A DNA stretch of 64,000 nt from positions 744,001 to 808,000 of the forward strand of contig CM074812.1 of NCBI GenBank assembly GCA_037447605.1, given 5' to 3'. This DNA is from Zygnema circumcarinatum SAG 698-1b. Its lineage: Eukaryota; Plantae; Zygnematophyceae. The notes under the pieces are model-generated. The model made no database searches and was not told the origin of the DNA. It saw nothing but the letters and a program-made list of their open reading frames with translations. This document shows positions 1 to 12,700 of this stretch, one piece after another. Made by a program: the position numbers and the translations under genes. Every line of letters starts with the position of its first letter. Position 1 is the stretch's first letter.

Positions 1-11
1 CTCTCTCTCTC

Positions 12-3000
12 TCACTGGAAGAAGACCTTCTCCGCCAAGTAGAGCAGCCCGTGCCTCACTTCACTGCTGAACTTGCGTGCGAAGAGGAAGCAGTGGCGCG
101 GCCTCCCGTTGACCGTACACTGTACGGACCGGTTCCATCCCGCGTGCACTTGGAACTTGACGGCGGCGGTCGCGTTGAGACTGCGCACGAGCGCGAACGC
201 GTCGCGGCGAATGTCCGCCGAAGCGAACGTGTGAGGGTGGAGGAAGTTCTCGGGCCGCCACTCGACGTACGTCACGGGACGGTTCTCCACGCGCGCGGGG
301 TCCTTCATCTGCAACAAGCAAGGGGAAAGGGGGGAATGAGGGAGAGGGGGGGGAAGGGAGGGAGGGAGGGGGAGGGGGNNNNNNNNNNGGAAGGGTTGAG
401 GGGGGAGGGCGGAAGGGAGAGGGGGGAGGGGGAAGGGTGTGAGGGGGGAGGGGGGAACGGGGAACGGGGAGGGGAGAGGGGGGAAGGGGGAGGGAGGAGG
501 GAGGAGGGAGGAGGGAGGAGGGGGTAGGGGAGAAGGGAGAGGAGAAATGGAGGAGGAGAGGGAAGGGGGAAAAGGAGGGAGAGTTCACCCCCAGGAGAGT
601 CTGAACGTAGTGCTCGTTCATTATCTGCAACCCCCTCCCACAGCTTCCCCAGAGACGTTCAGTGGTCTGAAACAGCAGGTGGTACGGCCTATCACAAGGG
701 AGTACTTCTGTCAAGAGGGACAAAAATTTCAATTTGCGAGTTGACATGGGGGCCATATCTTCAGATGGGGCTCTCACATAATGTGTGGACCTCATAACAA
801 TTGCATCGTATATGTTGGTGTCGTTGATTACTTCCAGTGCGTGATCGCGGATTATAGCAAACCACTGCCCCCTCCAGGGAGGCAACCAAAAGTCTCAGAA
901 CCCTTTATTAGGGCTTTAGGTTTTGTAGGGCCTGCCTTCAACTCGAGAAACTCTACAAACTCACAAAACCATAGAAATTAGCCAACCCTAATTCTATTCA
1001 CTGCGTTCCCCCACTCATTGTTTTGCGCCAATTCCCACGCTTCCTGCTCAAGGCAGCTTCCTGGAAGCTTCTTGAAGTTGTTAACGTGAATTCTCTCATT
1101 ACCTGTGAGCCTTTCCGCCAGCTCAAAAGTGGGATGTCCGGTTCGTAATTTTTAGTCCATCGAAAAGGTGTCCCAATGCTGTCCTCCCCTCACACAAAAA
1201 AAAAAAAAAAAAATTAGTCTTTCTTACATCTTCGATACAGTAAATATTCTCAATAACTCCTCCCCAAGTATTTATTATTTTATTATATTTTATATATTAA
1301 TTTATTTATTTATTCCAAGTATTTCATGTCTCCAAATTCCCCGCGTCTTTACTTCGACAGATCAACCCTAAGACTGAATGCGTTTGAAGCTTTTGAAACC
1401 AACGTAGAGGCGGACAGGAGCATTCAGCTGACTTTACTTGCTTAAAAAACAAGTAAGAAAGAGTACCTTGCAACGTAGCTATTGCGGGACCTGGTGAGGT
1501 AGCGATGTATGTATGTCAAGTTCCAAAGGGGCGCACATCTGCAACACATCAACAAGCAGAAACCCCTTCAACTTTGGAGGCAGAAGAAAACTATAACTTC
1601 AGGAAGCAGGCAGCAGGCAGCAAATAGTTTGAAACTGAAACTAAAACTAAAACTGAATCTGAAACTGAAACTGAAACTGAAACTGAAACTGCGAGTTCTG
1701 TGAAGACTTACGAGTCCGACAGCAGCACGAACATGTAGTTCCGCGGTTCCGTTAAAGCCGTTGCAAGGAGCCGCCGTTCCGCGCGGAGGACGCCGTGGCC
1801 GGCCCACGACACCTGGCAGCATTTCATTCGCCGAGAAGAGCAGCAGAGCCAATAAGAGAGTGGCATCGATTTATGTTCGTCTGCGGGGAAAGCTCTCAAA
1901 TGCAAATGAAGGCTCCATGACGAGAATTATTTTTTATGATTTTTTTTATTTCAAAAAGTATGAATTGGAAGGCAACAAGCAACCGGGGAACCTCGCTGAA
2001 TGTGGAAAATGAGCACTGCAATTTCACACAAGTTCATGAAACCACACACACACCTTGAATGTAGGCGAGATTTGACGTCCATAAAAACTGGAGGCTACAG
2101 TTGTGCTGGAATTGTATTCAAATCCAGGTGGCGCTAACAAGTAGACGGAATAAAGCTCCTCGTAGCCCTAAAAAGAAAGGAATGCAAGAAAGCATGGACG
2201 CTGAGAAACGTGCAAATCAACACCGAAATAGCAAAGATCGAAGCTCGCTTACTGATCGAAGAGGGAGACTCTCTCTCTCCCTCGCTCTCTCACTCTCTCT
2301 CTCCATGTCGCCCTACCTCCCGCAACTCTCTCCTTCCCTCAGGCACTTTCTCTTCACTTTTTTGAGTCCACTCTCTGTCCCGTCCTCCCCCTCCCCCCAT
2401 GCCCGCCTCTCTTTCTCCGTTTCCCTTCCCCCTCACCCCTCCCCCTCCTCCCTCTTCTCCTCTACCTCCCTCAGCTCCAACTCTCCCCCTCACTCTCCTC
2501 TCCCCTCTCCTCACCTTCCCTCCAGTCCTTCCTCCTCCTCCTGGCCCTCCTCTCTTTCCCTCTCCACTCTCCCTTCCTCCCACCCCTCCCTCTCCCTCTC
2601 CCCCACTCTCCCGCTTCAAGCCCTTTTCCCTACACTCCCTTTCCCCCCCCCCCTCTCCCCCGCTCCCCTTCGCTCTCCCTCTCCCCCACACTCCCCCTTC
2701 ATACGCTTCTCCCTTCCCTACCTCCCCCCCCCCACTCTCCCCCGCTCCCCTTCGCTCTCCTTCCGCCTCTCTACCCCCCTCTCCCTCTCCCTCCCCTTCT
2801 CCCTCCCTCCGCCGACTCTACCCTCCTCTCCATCTCCCACTCTCGTCATCTCCCTCTCCTTCTCCATCTCTCCTCCTCTACATCCTATTCCCCCCTCTCC
2901 CCCTCCTCCACTCCCTCCACCTTCCTCCTCTCCTCCAACCCTTTCTCCCTTACCACCCCCTCTCTACCCCATNNNNNNNNNNCCCTCCCCCCCCTTCCCT

Positions 3001-3647
3001 CCCCCCTCCCCTCCTCCCACCTTGAAGAAGCGCTCCCAGACGGCATCCAGCGGCATGGGCCCCCTCGTGAGGAACATGAACGCCACCTTGCGCGGCCCCC
3101 CCGCCACGTGGCGCCGCATCCGCTCGGCCTTGCGCGCCCTCCGGAAGAACCACGCGTCCACGCTGTCGAACTCGTGCGAGAGCGGGTCCCCCGCGCGCAC
3201 CACCGTGTGCTCCCGCACCTCCTCCTCCCTCTCCTTCTCTCTCCCCCTCTCCCGTCTCCCGCGCCGCTCCTCTCTCAACCTCTCCCTCTCCCTCTCCCTC
3301 TCCCGCTCTCCCTCTCTCGTTCGCTCCTTCCCGGCATCCGCTATCCGCCCCGTCCACGCGAGCCGCTCCGCCTCCACGCGCTGGGAATGCGCCTCCCACA
3401 GCGCAGCGCGCAGCCTCTCGCGGGTCTTCAGCGGCACTCCGACCCTCCCCAGCCCCCCTCCTCTCCCTCCCTCTCCCTCTCCCTCTCTCTCTCCCCCTTC
3501 CAGCCTCCCACCCCCACTCCCACTCACTCTCTCTCCCTCCCCCCCTCCCCCTCCCTCTCCCTTCTCCAGCGCGTGGCTGCCCCCTCCACTCCCCACTATG
3601 CAAAGCAGTCCGCAGAGGAAGCAGAGCTTCCACCGCCCTGAACCCAT
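12..3647 (-). CDS. Core-2/I-branching beta-1,6-N-acetylglucosaminyltransferase family (GT14-like / DUF266 / BC10-like) type II membrane protein; 8 exons: 3647-3021, 2167-2054, 1812-1712, 1538-1467, 1178-1103, 864-778, 624-589, 308-12
   Basis: The spliced exons give family motifs in the right order: N-terminal hydrophobic anchor, KVAFMFLTRGPMPLDAVWERFFK, YSVY..FYGRQI, VSWAGHGVLRAERRLLATAL..FVLLSDSCAPLWN, WRKGSQWFAI, NEHYVQTLL, RPVTYVEW, CFLFARKF. All junctions are GT-AG and in phase. Confidence 0.93.
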
Positions 3648-3760
3648 GAGAGCCTCAAAACCCTAAACCCTTTCCACCCTAAAACCCGAAGCCCCCCCTA
3701 TACCATGAAAACCCTAAAACCGCCTTCCCAGGGTTCTCCGGGATTGAAAACACACGCCCG

Positions 3761-3940
3761 CACGTGCGATCTGGCGGTAGCAGAGGCGACGATGGCGCCC
3801 CACCAGCGATATGCCACGTGGCACGTCAATCACGGAGGTGCTGCCACGTGGTGGACGGGAAAGCTGCTGAGGCGCCACGTGGCGCTGCGGTTACGCGGAT
3901 CTCGAAGCGACCGGTCAATGGAGGCGGCCGCTCGCACGTG
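3761..3940. promoter_or_regulatory. G-box (CACGTG) cluster upstream of the GT14-like gene
   Basis: Five CACGTG hexamers (3761, 3815, 3845, 3876, 3935), two of them perfect GCCACGTGGC palindromes. Telo-box-like AAACCCTA lies at ~3658-3720 and ATTGG (CCAAT) boxes nearby. Confidence 0.5.
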
Positions 3941-4280
3941 CGAACTGCGACCAGTAGGACTCGCGTCCGATTGGTCGGTGCGGTTCCAACCGTTGGATTT
4001 TGTCGGTTAGAGTATCAACCGTTGGTTTCCGGCTGTCGCTCACCGTCGCCAATAGTCACACGCAGTCGTCATTGGTCGGAAATAGTCGCAGGCGATCGCA
4101 CAAAGTCGCCTGTGATCGCTGACAAAGTCACTCACTATGGCCAGGTATGACTAATCAGTCGGCGGCAATGGTCACTAACCAAGGCCGTTGAATCGTTGGC
4201 AATCCGACGGTCGGTCTTGGTGCTGGACGAGTACGGGGCTTCATGAAGCCGTGTTGAACAATAGTGTGCATGTCAGCTAA

Positions 4281-4404
4281 CAACATCCTAGAGCAACAAC
4301 ATTGCGTGTTGTGTCTGCGGCACATTCCTAGAGCAACAACATTGCGTGTTGTGTCTGCGGCACATTCCTAGAGCAACAACATTGCGTGTTGTGACTGCGG
4401 CACA
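4281..4404. repeat. 40-bp tandem repeat x3
   Basis: Unit ACATTCCTAGAGCAACAACATTGCGTGTTGTGTCTGCGGC repeated three times, near-identical, with no spacers. Confidence 0.9.
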
Positions 4405-4590
4405 TGACCTTGCAAATAACAATTGCTGTTGAGAGAGGGCCTTCCTCCATTGCGAAGTATTTTATAGTAGAGCATCTTCCAATGGGGCCTCGCCAAGTGT
4501 ATATCTCGGACGCGTGTCGAATTCCCAGTGGAAGATGCTTGAATAAAGTTCGCACGGCACAAACCTATGCTTGAGGGAAGAATGGATGTG

Positions 4591-4926
4591 GCATTGATCT
4601 CACGATGGCGATGATGCCATCAGATGTACATGGCCAACATCAGCATGGGGAACCACGAGGAACTGCTGCATGCTTGCGTTCGACAACACATTGCCATCGG
4701 TCTCAACATGGTGACATGAAACATGCACCATGAAAGCGCTTCGTCCATCATATACAGCGATCGTCGCAGTTCCGTCCTACAGAACTGCGACCTCAATCCA
4801 AGGAACCTGGTTAACATCATAGAACTCAAATCCCGTATAGCAGAAACACCATGGACGCCCCCGTTCCGTGAGTGTAACCTTCCCTATTTCTGGTTCAACA
4901 TGTTTCTTAACTGCGGCATGGATCCG
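4591..4926 (+). pseudogene. Degenerate coding remnant, probably TE-derived, with a partial second copy at 25743-25817 (inverted)
   Basis: The + frame has GC3-biased codons (ANISMGNHEELLHACVRQHIAIGLNMVT*NMHHES...LPYFWFNMFLNCGMDP) with an internal stop. 4591-4662 aligns by eye with the reverse complement of 25743-25817. Confidence 0.4.
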
Positions 4927-5510
4927 CGCTGCTTGCAGCGGCTGCTCGAGCCTCCCCGCCCCTGCCGCAGGAACCGGAGAAGGCCCGCCTCGTCCTCCCT
5001 CCCTCCCTCCCCGCCGCCATGGCTGCCCGTCTCGGCCTCCGCCTCCGGCGCCTGCGCCTCCGGCGCCTGCGCCTCCATGGCCCCCTTCCTGCCGGGAAAA
5101 CAAAGCGCACAAGCCATGGCAGTTTCTCGCGTTCAGGAGAGACCATGTTCTGCAGCAGCAGCTCCTTCTCTCCGTGGAAGGCGCTGCTGCTGCTGAGGTT
5201 TCGCTTTCCTGAAACATTCAAATCTTCACAGTTACATGATTTTGTGAGGAAATAACAATGATATTAGTTGATTTATTACTCGTGTGTGACCTCTAATGCA
5301 TCCCACATCACCCATTGGAGCCAGTTGACAAGAAATTATTTACCCTAAACCAGGCATCTTGAAGCCAAACACACGGTGAAACCCTAAAACTATTGGAAAA
5401 GTCAGAGATTGTAGAGTGCGGCACAAGGAGGGAGCGCGCTCGTGTGCGAGAGAGAGGTGACAGAGCGACAGAGAAAGAGAGAGAGACCCTAACCCTAAAT
5501 TTGGGCCGCC

Positions 5511-6717
5511 ATGAATCTGAGCGCCCTGCTGACGTCCATGGGCGTGAACCTGGGCCTGGCTGCGCTGTTCTGCGTGCTCTTCTCCTTCTTCAGCAAGCAG
5601 CCGATGAACGCAAGGGTCTATTATCCACGTGCTTTTCTGCATGGGGAGGTGACAAGTGGCAGCAGGAGAGATGCTCGCAGCCTCAGTGAATTGGTTGTCA
5701 TCGATCCCAAGAAGCTTGTGAAGGTTCGGTTCAGCCCATGCAAATATTAGCAATATTATTAATGTCATTTAATTAATAGATTGAAATTGAAAATGAAAAT
5801 GTGGCCAACAAAAAGAATAAAAAAAAAGATACTTCAAAGCGTGCCTTTGAAGACCATTGGCATTTGCTTTGATTCATTTGATTGTAGATTGTTTTGTTAA
5901 TGAGTTATCTATTTGCTGACTTAGGTCGTAGCCAAGTGGTTAGATGGCAGTGGATTCTGATACCACCACTCGCGGGTTCGAACCACGTCACTCGCCCTAA
6001 TTATTTTTGCAGGTGCATGATTGGCTCAAGCGCGCCCTAACGACGTCAGAGAGCGATGTTCTGGAATCGTCTGGCTTGGATGCGGTTATTTTTCTTCGGG
6101 TTTTCATTTTCAGGTGGGCTTTATATGTACAAATATATTTGTTTGCTTTTCTTAATCAGTTATCTATGTTTTGCATGCTTATGTTGGAGGAACTTATTCT
6201 CCAAAGGACTTTTGTATGCGAAATTGAGTTTTTTTTTTTTTTTCAAACCAAAAAACAAACAGACAAGCACCATAAACAGCATAGCACAACGTGACGTGAC
6301 GTGAAGTGACGCGACGTGACGCTCTCATGAGGGTATCTGATATTCAATTTCGAAGAGAACATATAAAAACATGACATGCAATACCAAATACCTTTTAGGG
6401 TTTTTAGGGCTTTTAGGGTTTTTAGGGTTTTTAGGGTTATTAAGGTATTTAGGGATTTTAGGCTTTTTAGGTTTTTTTGTTATTTTTTGCGACTTACATG
6501 ATCAGCCGGTTTTCTTGTTACTGTGGGGCAGCCTCAAACTTTTCATCTTCTGTGGCGTGATTGGCCTATTGCTCCTTGTGCCGATCAATGGTACGGATGA
6601 TTTTTTGTCCACATCGAAAGATTCCAACAAAGAATTCATTTTTGTGGATATTGACATTGTGACTATCGCCAACATTCGGCCCGGCTCTGACAGGTCTTCC
6701 ATTTTTCCCTTTTTTCG

Positions 6718-6766
<49 letters not shown>

Positions 6767-9700
6767 GGATAGAGGGATGGGGAGGGGGAGGGGGAGGGGA
6801 AGGAGGTGAGGAGGGGGGAGGGGAGGGAGGGAAGGAAGGAGAGGAGGGAGAGGAGAGAGGAGAGAGGGAAGAGAGAGGAGAGAGAGGGGAAAGAGAGAGA
6901 GACCTTTCCGATTTCTCTGACATTTTATGAAATTTGAGAGACTCCTGCTATCCCTTGTCGAGTTCAGTTAAGTCTCTGACTTTCGTATCCATGCTTCCAA
7001 TGCAAATGGATATTTTGAGATGACTGAAAGTGCTGTTTGGGTCCCATGGCAGGCTATGGGCGCACACAATTGCGACGTACTTGTTTTGCATATTTGCGGC
7101 CTATTTGCTTTGGAAGGAGTACAGTGATGTTGTGAAAATGCGGATCGACTTTCTCGCCGACGCCAAGAGAGCACCTGACCAATTCACAGTGAGATCAGTC
7201 AACCGACGAGTCACATCTTAGTCAGAGATTAAGATCAGGATAGTTTTGTTTTCAAAGGGTGATTTTTTAGAACCAACAAGTCACTTCCCTTCTCTCTTTC
7301 TCTCTCTTCCCGAAACATCTTCTTCTACTTGCCCCCCTTCTTCCAACGAGTCTATGGATACAGACCCCAAAAAAGTTTGCCATTTTACAGGTGTTGGTTC
7401 GACAGATTCCCGTGGCTCTGCTTGAGAGCATGGACCAATGTGTGCGCCATTTTTTCAAGCAGCAGGTCAATTGACATTCTCTCTTTCTCTCTTGCAACCA
7501 CTCTCACCTCTTGCCTGATCTTCTTTCTATAGCAGGTCAATTGGCTCCCTCTCTCTCTCCCTCTCTCCTACTTCTTGAGAGGTCTTCGCTCTCTCAACTG
7601 CTCTCTCTTCCTTTCTCTCCCTCTCCCCTAGTTCTCTCTCACTCCTCTCTCCCTCTCTCGCTCATGCTGAGCTGATGGAGCCTGCCATGGTGCCATGCAT
7701 GTGCATGTGCCGCAGCATGCCATGACATACCATGACCATGTGCTCGTTTACAACGCCAACAGTTGCGCCTCTGTGGTAAAGAAACGTGACAATGTTGCGA
7801 ACAAGTGAGGCACCAAATTTCCTTCTTCTTTGCCTCAAAGCCGTTCTTTGAATCCTTTGCGTCGAATCGTTGTGTGCATAAGAACTTTACGTTTTCTTAA
7901 AAATAGACATTTGTGCGAAGTGATGAACGTTACATCCAAGTTTTGTGCTCCATCTTAAGAAACAAGAAGCTCTATCAGGTTTTATTTTCGATTTTTTAAG
8001 ATGGTAGATGTCGTACTTCCTTTTCTTTTAGAAGTTTTCACTTCCAGTGAATATTCGTAGACTGCTTGATGGATACTTTTGATGTTTATTTAGTTTAGTT
8101 TTTTCTGCAGATTGCAGCGAGCGATGATAGTGTATTCGCGATCTTTCGACGAGAAAAGGCCATCACATCGTGAAGGATTTTTAGGTCTATTTGGACCTCG
8201 TGTCGACTCTATTCTCTTCTATACAAAGGTGAGAAGGGGTACATGAATTCAACAAAACCTGAACCCCTGGAAAATGCGAGAAATTTATGAAATCCTAGAA
8301 ACTCCAAATATTCTCGTCCGTTCAAGAAATTATAACTTTAAGCATGTCCATCTGACTTAGAGGCACCATTTTTTGTTCATCCCTCTCTCTCCCTTCCCTC
8401 TTATATTTTGCTTTCTTTCTAGCATAAATATCCCTCGTAGCACTTATACAGCGGCTGCTGGCTGGAATTAGAATGAAGACTAAAGGAGGGATGATAGAGG
8501 AAGGAGGCGAGAGAGAGACGCTTGGAATAGGAAAAAGAGGGATGGAGGGAGAAGGGAGGGAGGGAGGGAGGAAGGAGAGAGGAGAAAGGGAGGAGGGAGG
8601 GAGGGAGGGAGGAAGGAGAGAGGAGAAAGGGAGGAGGGAGGGAGGGAGGGAGGAAGGAGAGAGGAGAAAGGGAGGAGGGAGGGAGGAGGGCGGGAGGAGG
8701 TTTCAGAAGATAGAAACAGAAGTACAAATCATTGAACTAATCAAGGATTTCCTGACATCTGTCAGCTTCACACATGCTGGAATGTCTTTTTCATTATGTG
8801 CTTCTTTCTTGTTTTTCTTTCAGAAACTGCAAGAACTCAATCTGGAGTATGATATGGAACGCAGTCGCGTCCTTGCTTCAGCCAATGCTGTGATGCCAGC
8901 TGCCTTTGTCACATTCAAATCGAGGTGGGGGGCCGCAGTAGCAGCACAGACAGTACAAACAAGCAACTCTTATGTGAGTTCGTGGATTATATGATACAAT
9001 GGTCTATTACAGTTTTCGTCCTCGTTTATTATATCCCTCTATCACCTCGCTTTCTTTAACCTTATTGAAGGAAATAGCCCATTACCTTAATCTCTGCATG
9101 AAAAATGATGCCAAGGACAAAGGAACCCCCTTCCCTCCCTCCCTCCCTCATTCCCTCATTCCCTCCTTCCCTCCCTCCCTCCTTCCCTCCTTCCCTCCCT
9201 CCCTCTCTCCCTCCCNNNNNNNNNNCCCCATCATCCATGCCAAGTGGCACCCTCTCATTTGCCCGTCCGTACGTTCTATCCTACAGGTCTGGACCACCGA
9301 GTGGGCCCCCGAGCCCCGCGACGTGTATTGGCGCAACCTCGCCATTCCGCACGTGCGGCTGACAGCGCGCCACGTGGCCCTCGGTCTTGCCTCCTTCCTC
9401 CTCTGCTTCTTCTACATGGTGCCCGTATCCTTCGCGCAGAGTCTCGCGGAGGTCGACTCGCTCGCAAGGATGGGGCCGTGGGCGAGCACACTCGTGCACA
9501 CGTAAGGGACCCTAAAACCCTAAACCCAAACTGAGAAGGGTACAAGTTTGGAGACACTAAAGTGAAAAGCTTATAATCTTAATGACTCTAAACTGAAAAG
9601 CTTATAATCTCAATGACTCTAAACTGGAAACTTTGTAAGTTTGAAGACCCTAAATTGAAATCTTGTAATCTTAAAGACCCGAATCTGAAAAGCTTATAAT

Positions 9701-12700
9701 CTTAAAGACCCTAGAGTGAAAAGCTTGTAAGTTTGAAGGCCCTAAATTGAAATCTTGTAATCTTAAAGACCCGAATCTGAAAAGCTTATAGACTTAAAGA
9801 CCCTAAATTGAAAGCTTAAAAACTTAAAGTCCCTAAATTGAAAGCTTATACTCATAAAGTCCCTAATCTGAAATGCTTATAAACTTAAACACTCTAAATT
9901 GAAAGTTTACAATCTTAAAAACCCTAATCTGAAAAGCTTATAACCCCAAAAACCCTGAGTTTGTAACTCTAAAAGCTCCACAATCGTGAGCTCTGACGGT
10001 GACTTTCACTGCGCATGCCGGCGGCATCCTTCTTCCTTTTTAGTCTCTATTCGCGAGGAGTGTTTTTATTGAAAGGCCAACTGCCAAATGTTTGCTGTTT
10101 TTGTAGCTCCCAATGTTGGGTATGAAGTACTTAATTTCTTCGTTCCATTTCACTTTCAATTTCCATGTACTTTTTTGCTCTCCCTCAGGTCCTTCGTAAA
10201 GCAGTTTATCAATGGGTTTCTTCCAGGGCTGCTATTGAAGCTCTTCATCATGCTGCTGCCGTACATCCTCTTCTTCTTTGCCACCATTGAGGGCTACATC
10301 TCCCTTAGCCGCTTGGAAAGAGAGACTTCAAGCCGGTTCTTCTATTTCCTCATTATCAACGGATTTTTTGGAACAGTTCTTACGGGTTCCGTGCTTGAAC
10401 AGATCGATACTTTGTTCAGTAGTAAGGGCCTGAAACTGAATGACCTTCTTAAAAAGGACTTACAGAAAGGAAAAAGAAAGGAAAACTTCGATTGGAATTC
10501 AAACCTCATGCCACATGCATAGCACAATATGCCATTTTCCATTTGTTTTTTGAACCATTTTCTTTTAGGTTTACATGTGAAACTTGTCTTCTGTGAACCC
10601 AGCCTCTCTTTATACCTACATTTTGCATACTCACTTAACCCAAAGTTTCTTTTCTGCTCTGTTTTTTTCCTTTCTTGTTACAACAAACCAAAATCACTGT
10701 CATAACTGGTTGAAGATTTTTTTTTTCCCCGTTTTTGGGCAGATCCTAAAGAAATTCCGAACGTTCTTGGACTTCACATTCCGGCGAAGGCCACATTTTT
10801 TATGACTTTTTGCATGGTGGATGGCTGGGCGGGCTTCCTCTATGAGATTCTGCGGCCGCTCCCTCTCATTCTGTTCTACCTCCAAGCGGGTGCGTGCACA
10901 ACAGAGCGGGATCGCAGGTGAGCGCACTACGAAGGGAGGGAGGGAGGCATTTCTAAGGCAATTTTAGGTCCCCTTTCATTTGTTTTCCGGTGACAAATGC
11001 GCTTTACAGCAGCATCTCAATCAGCTCGAGAATAGAAAGGGGTTGTAAAGGCAGAAAAGGAAAAGCCAAAACAGTGCACAATTTTGAATCCTGATAACTT
11101 GATTGCTGGGGTATTGCTATGCATGTCATGTGCAGGAAAGCGATGGGCATTTCCGCTCTGCCATACATGCAGGTGCTGCCAAAGTTGGTCTTTTACATTC
11201 TTCTTGGCCTCGTCTATGCCGTTATATCCCCTCTCCTCATCCCTTTCCTCGTAATCTATTTCGCCCTCGGATATGCGATTTGGCTCCATCAGGTGAATCC
11301 CACTTTCCACGAACCCTAAAAACTCCCCCAACCCTAAACTCCCCCTCTCCAGCACACCCCCCTCTCCCATCCATGCTCACGAGCTTCTTCTTCTTCCAGC
11401 CATTGAAGACGCTTCCCACATAACTCACTCGGCTAACATGCCTACCTTAGTAACGCATGCATGCATGCATGCATGCATCACCTCAGTAACGCATGCATGT
11501 GTCACGTCACGTCACGTCACCCATGACATGTCGTCGTGTCATGTCGTGTCATGTCACGTCACGTCACGTCATGTCACGTCACATGTCATTTTATGTCACG
11601 TCACGTCATGTCACGTCATGCCATGTCTTGTCATGTGGTGTCAGGTCATGTCACGTCACGTCATGTCACGTCATGTCATGTCACGTCACTCGCGTTACGT
11701 TACGTGATGTTATGTGATGTGATGTTGCGGTTGGCAGATCATCAACGTGTACGAGCCTGCATACGAAAGCAACGGTCAGATGTGGCCCTTCGTGCACACG
11801 CGCATCATCGCCTCCCTCGTCATCATGCAGCTCACACTCATCGGAGTGTTCCTGCTCAAGGGGGCCAAACTGCAACTGTGGTTCCTTGTGCCGCTGCCCG
11901 TCGCCACGCTGCTGTTCCATGTGTACTGCCAGCAACGCTTCCTTCCAAACTTCTCCAATTACCCTCTCCAGGTTCTGTTTACCTCCCTCCCTTCGCCCCT
12001 TGCCACATAGTTAGTCACTAAGTCAGTCAGTTGGTTTGAGTGAAGAAAGGATTCGCCGTTTCTACGTTTCCTTCAATGGGTTGGAAATGCAGAAATGTAC
12101 TCTCATATTTAGGGTTATTTGCGATTTTTCTGGTGCTGCAGAGTGCAGTGACGAAGGACAACCAGGATAAGGCTCACCATGAAACGATGCTCTTTTGCGA
12201 AAATGCATACTTTCATCCTGCCCTGAAATCGAACGAGATTCGAGCCGACTGCATTTCCTTGGAGGGTATTCCTCAAGCAGAGGAGCTGCAAGGCTCGCCA
12301 CGAGCCCTGTTCATACCCTCCCGGACCACCCTCGTGGGAGACAATGCAGAAACCCATTTCCTATCCAGAGAGAATTCATGCGAGTTTTGCGGATCTCCGA
12401 GGAAGGGAATTGCGACTGAAGATGAAATTCGAACATTTTTTTCGGAGGAGATTCGATCTTCCTCTTCCAGGTCTTCCTCTTCTTCTTCTTCTTCTGCTAC
12501 CCCTTTCTTGACCACAATCAAAGAAAATTACAGTGAAATTCGAGCTATACCGAGAGAAGGTGAAGTGGGTTCGGTAGAGGAGGTGGAGGAGGAGAAGGAT
12601 CGCGTGACAATTGTCACGCGGAGTCGGAGTCCCTCCAGTCCCGAGAGAATTGCGATTTTGGTTTCGAGGGCGACTGAGGAGTTGGAGAAGCGGCGACGGC

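Noticed and set aside
2101-3666. 521-aa + strand Pro/Ser/Leu-rich ORF and many similar long ORFs (33409-34989, 39193-40386, 48345-49178, 29437-30510)
   Set aside because: These are stop-free translations of CT/GA/GTT microsatellites or the antisense of real exons. Only the short embedded exons are credible.
4281-4404. 40-bp repeats as a CRISPR array
   Set aside because: Head-to-tail units with no unique spacers, no cas genes, eukaryotic context.
5922-5996. Functional tRNA-Gln(CTG)
   Set aside because: The acceptor stem has four mismatches, the T and anticodon stems have one each, and the body is His-like.
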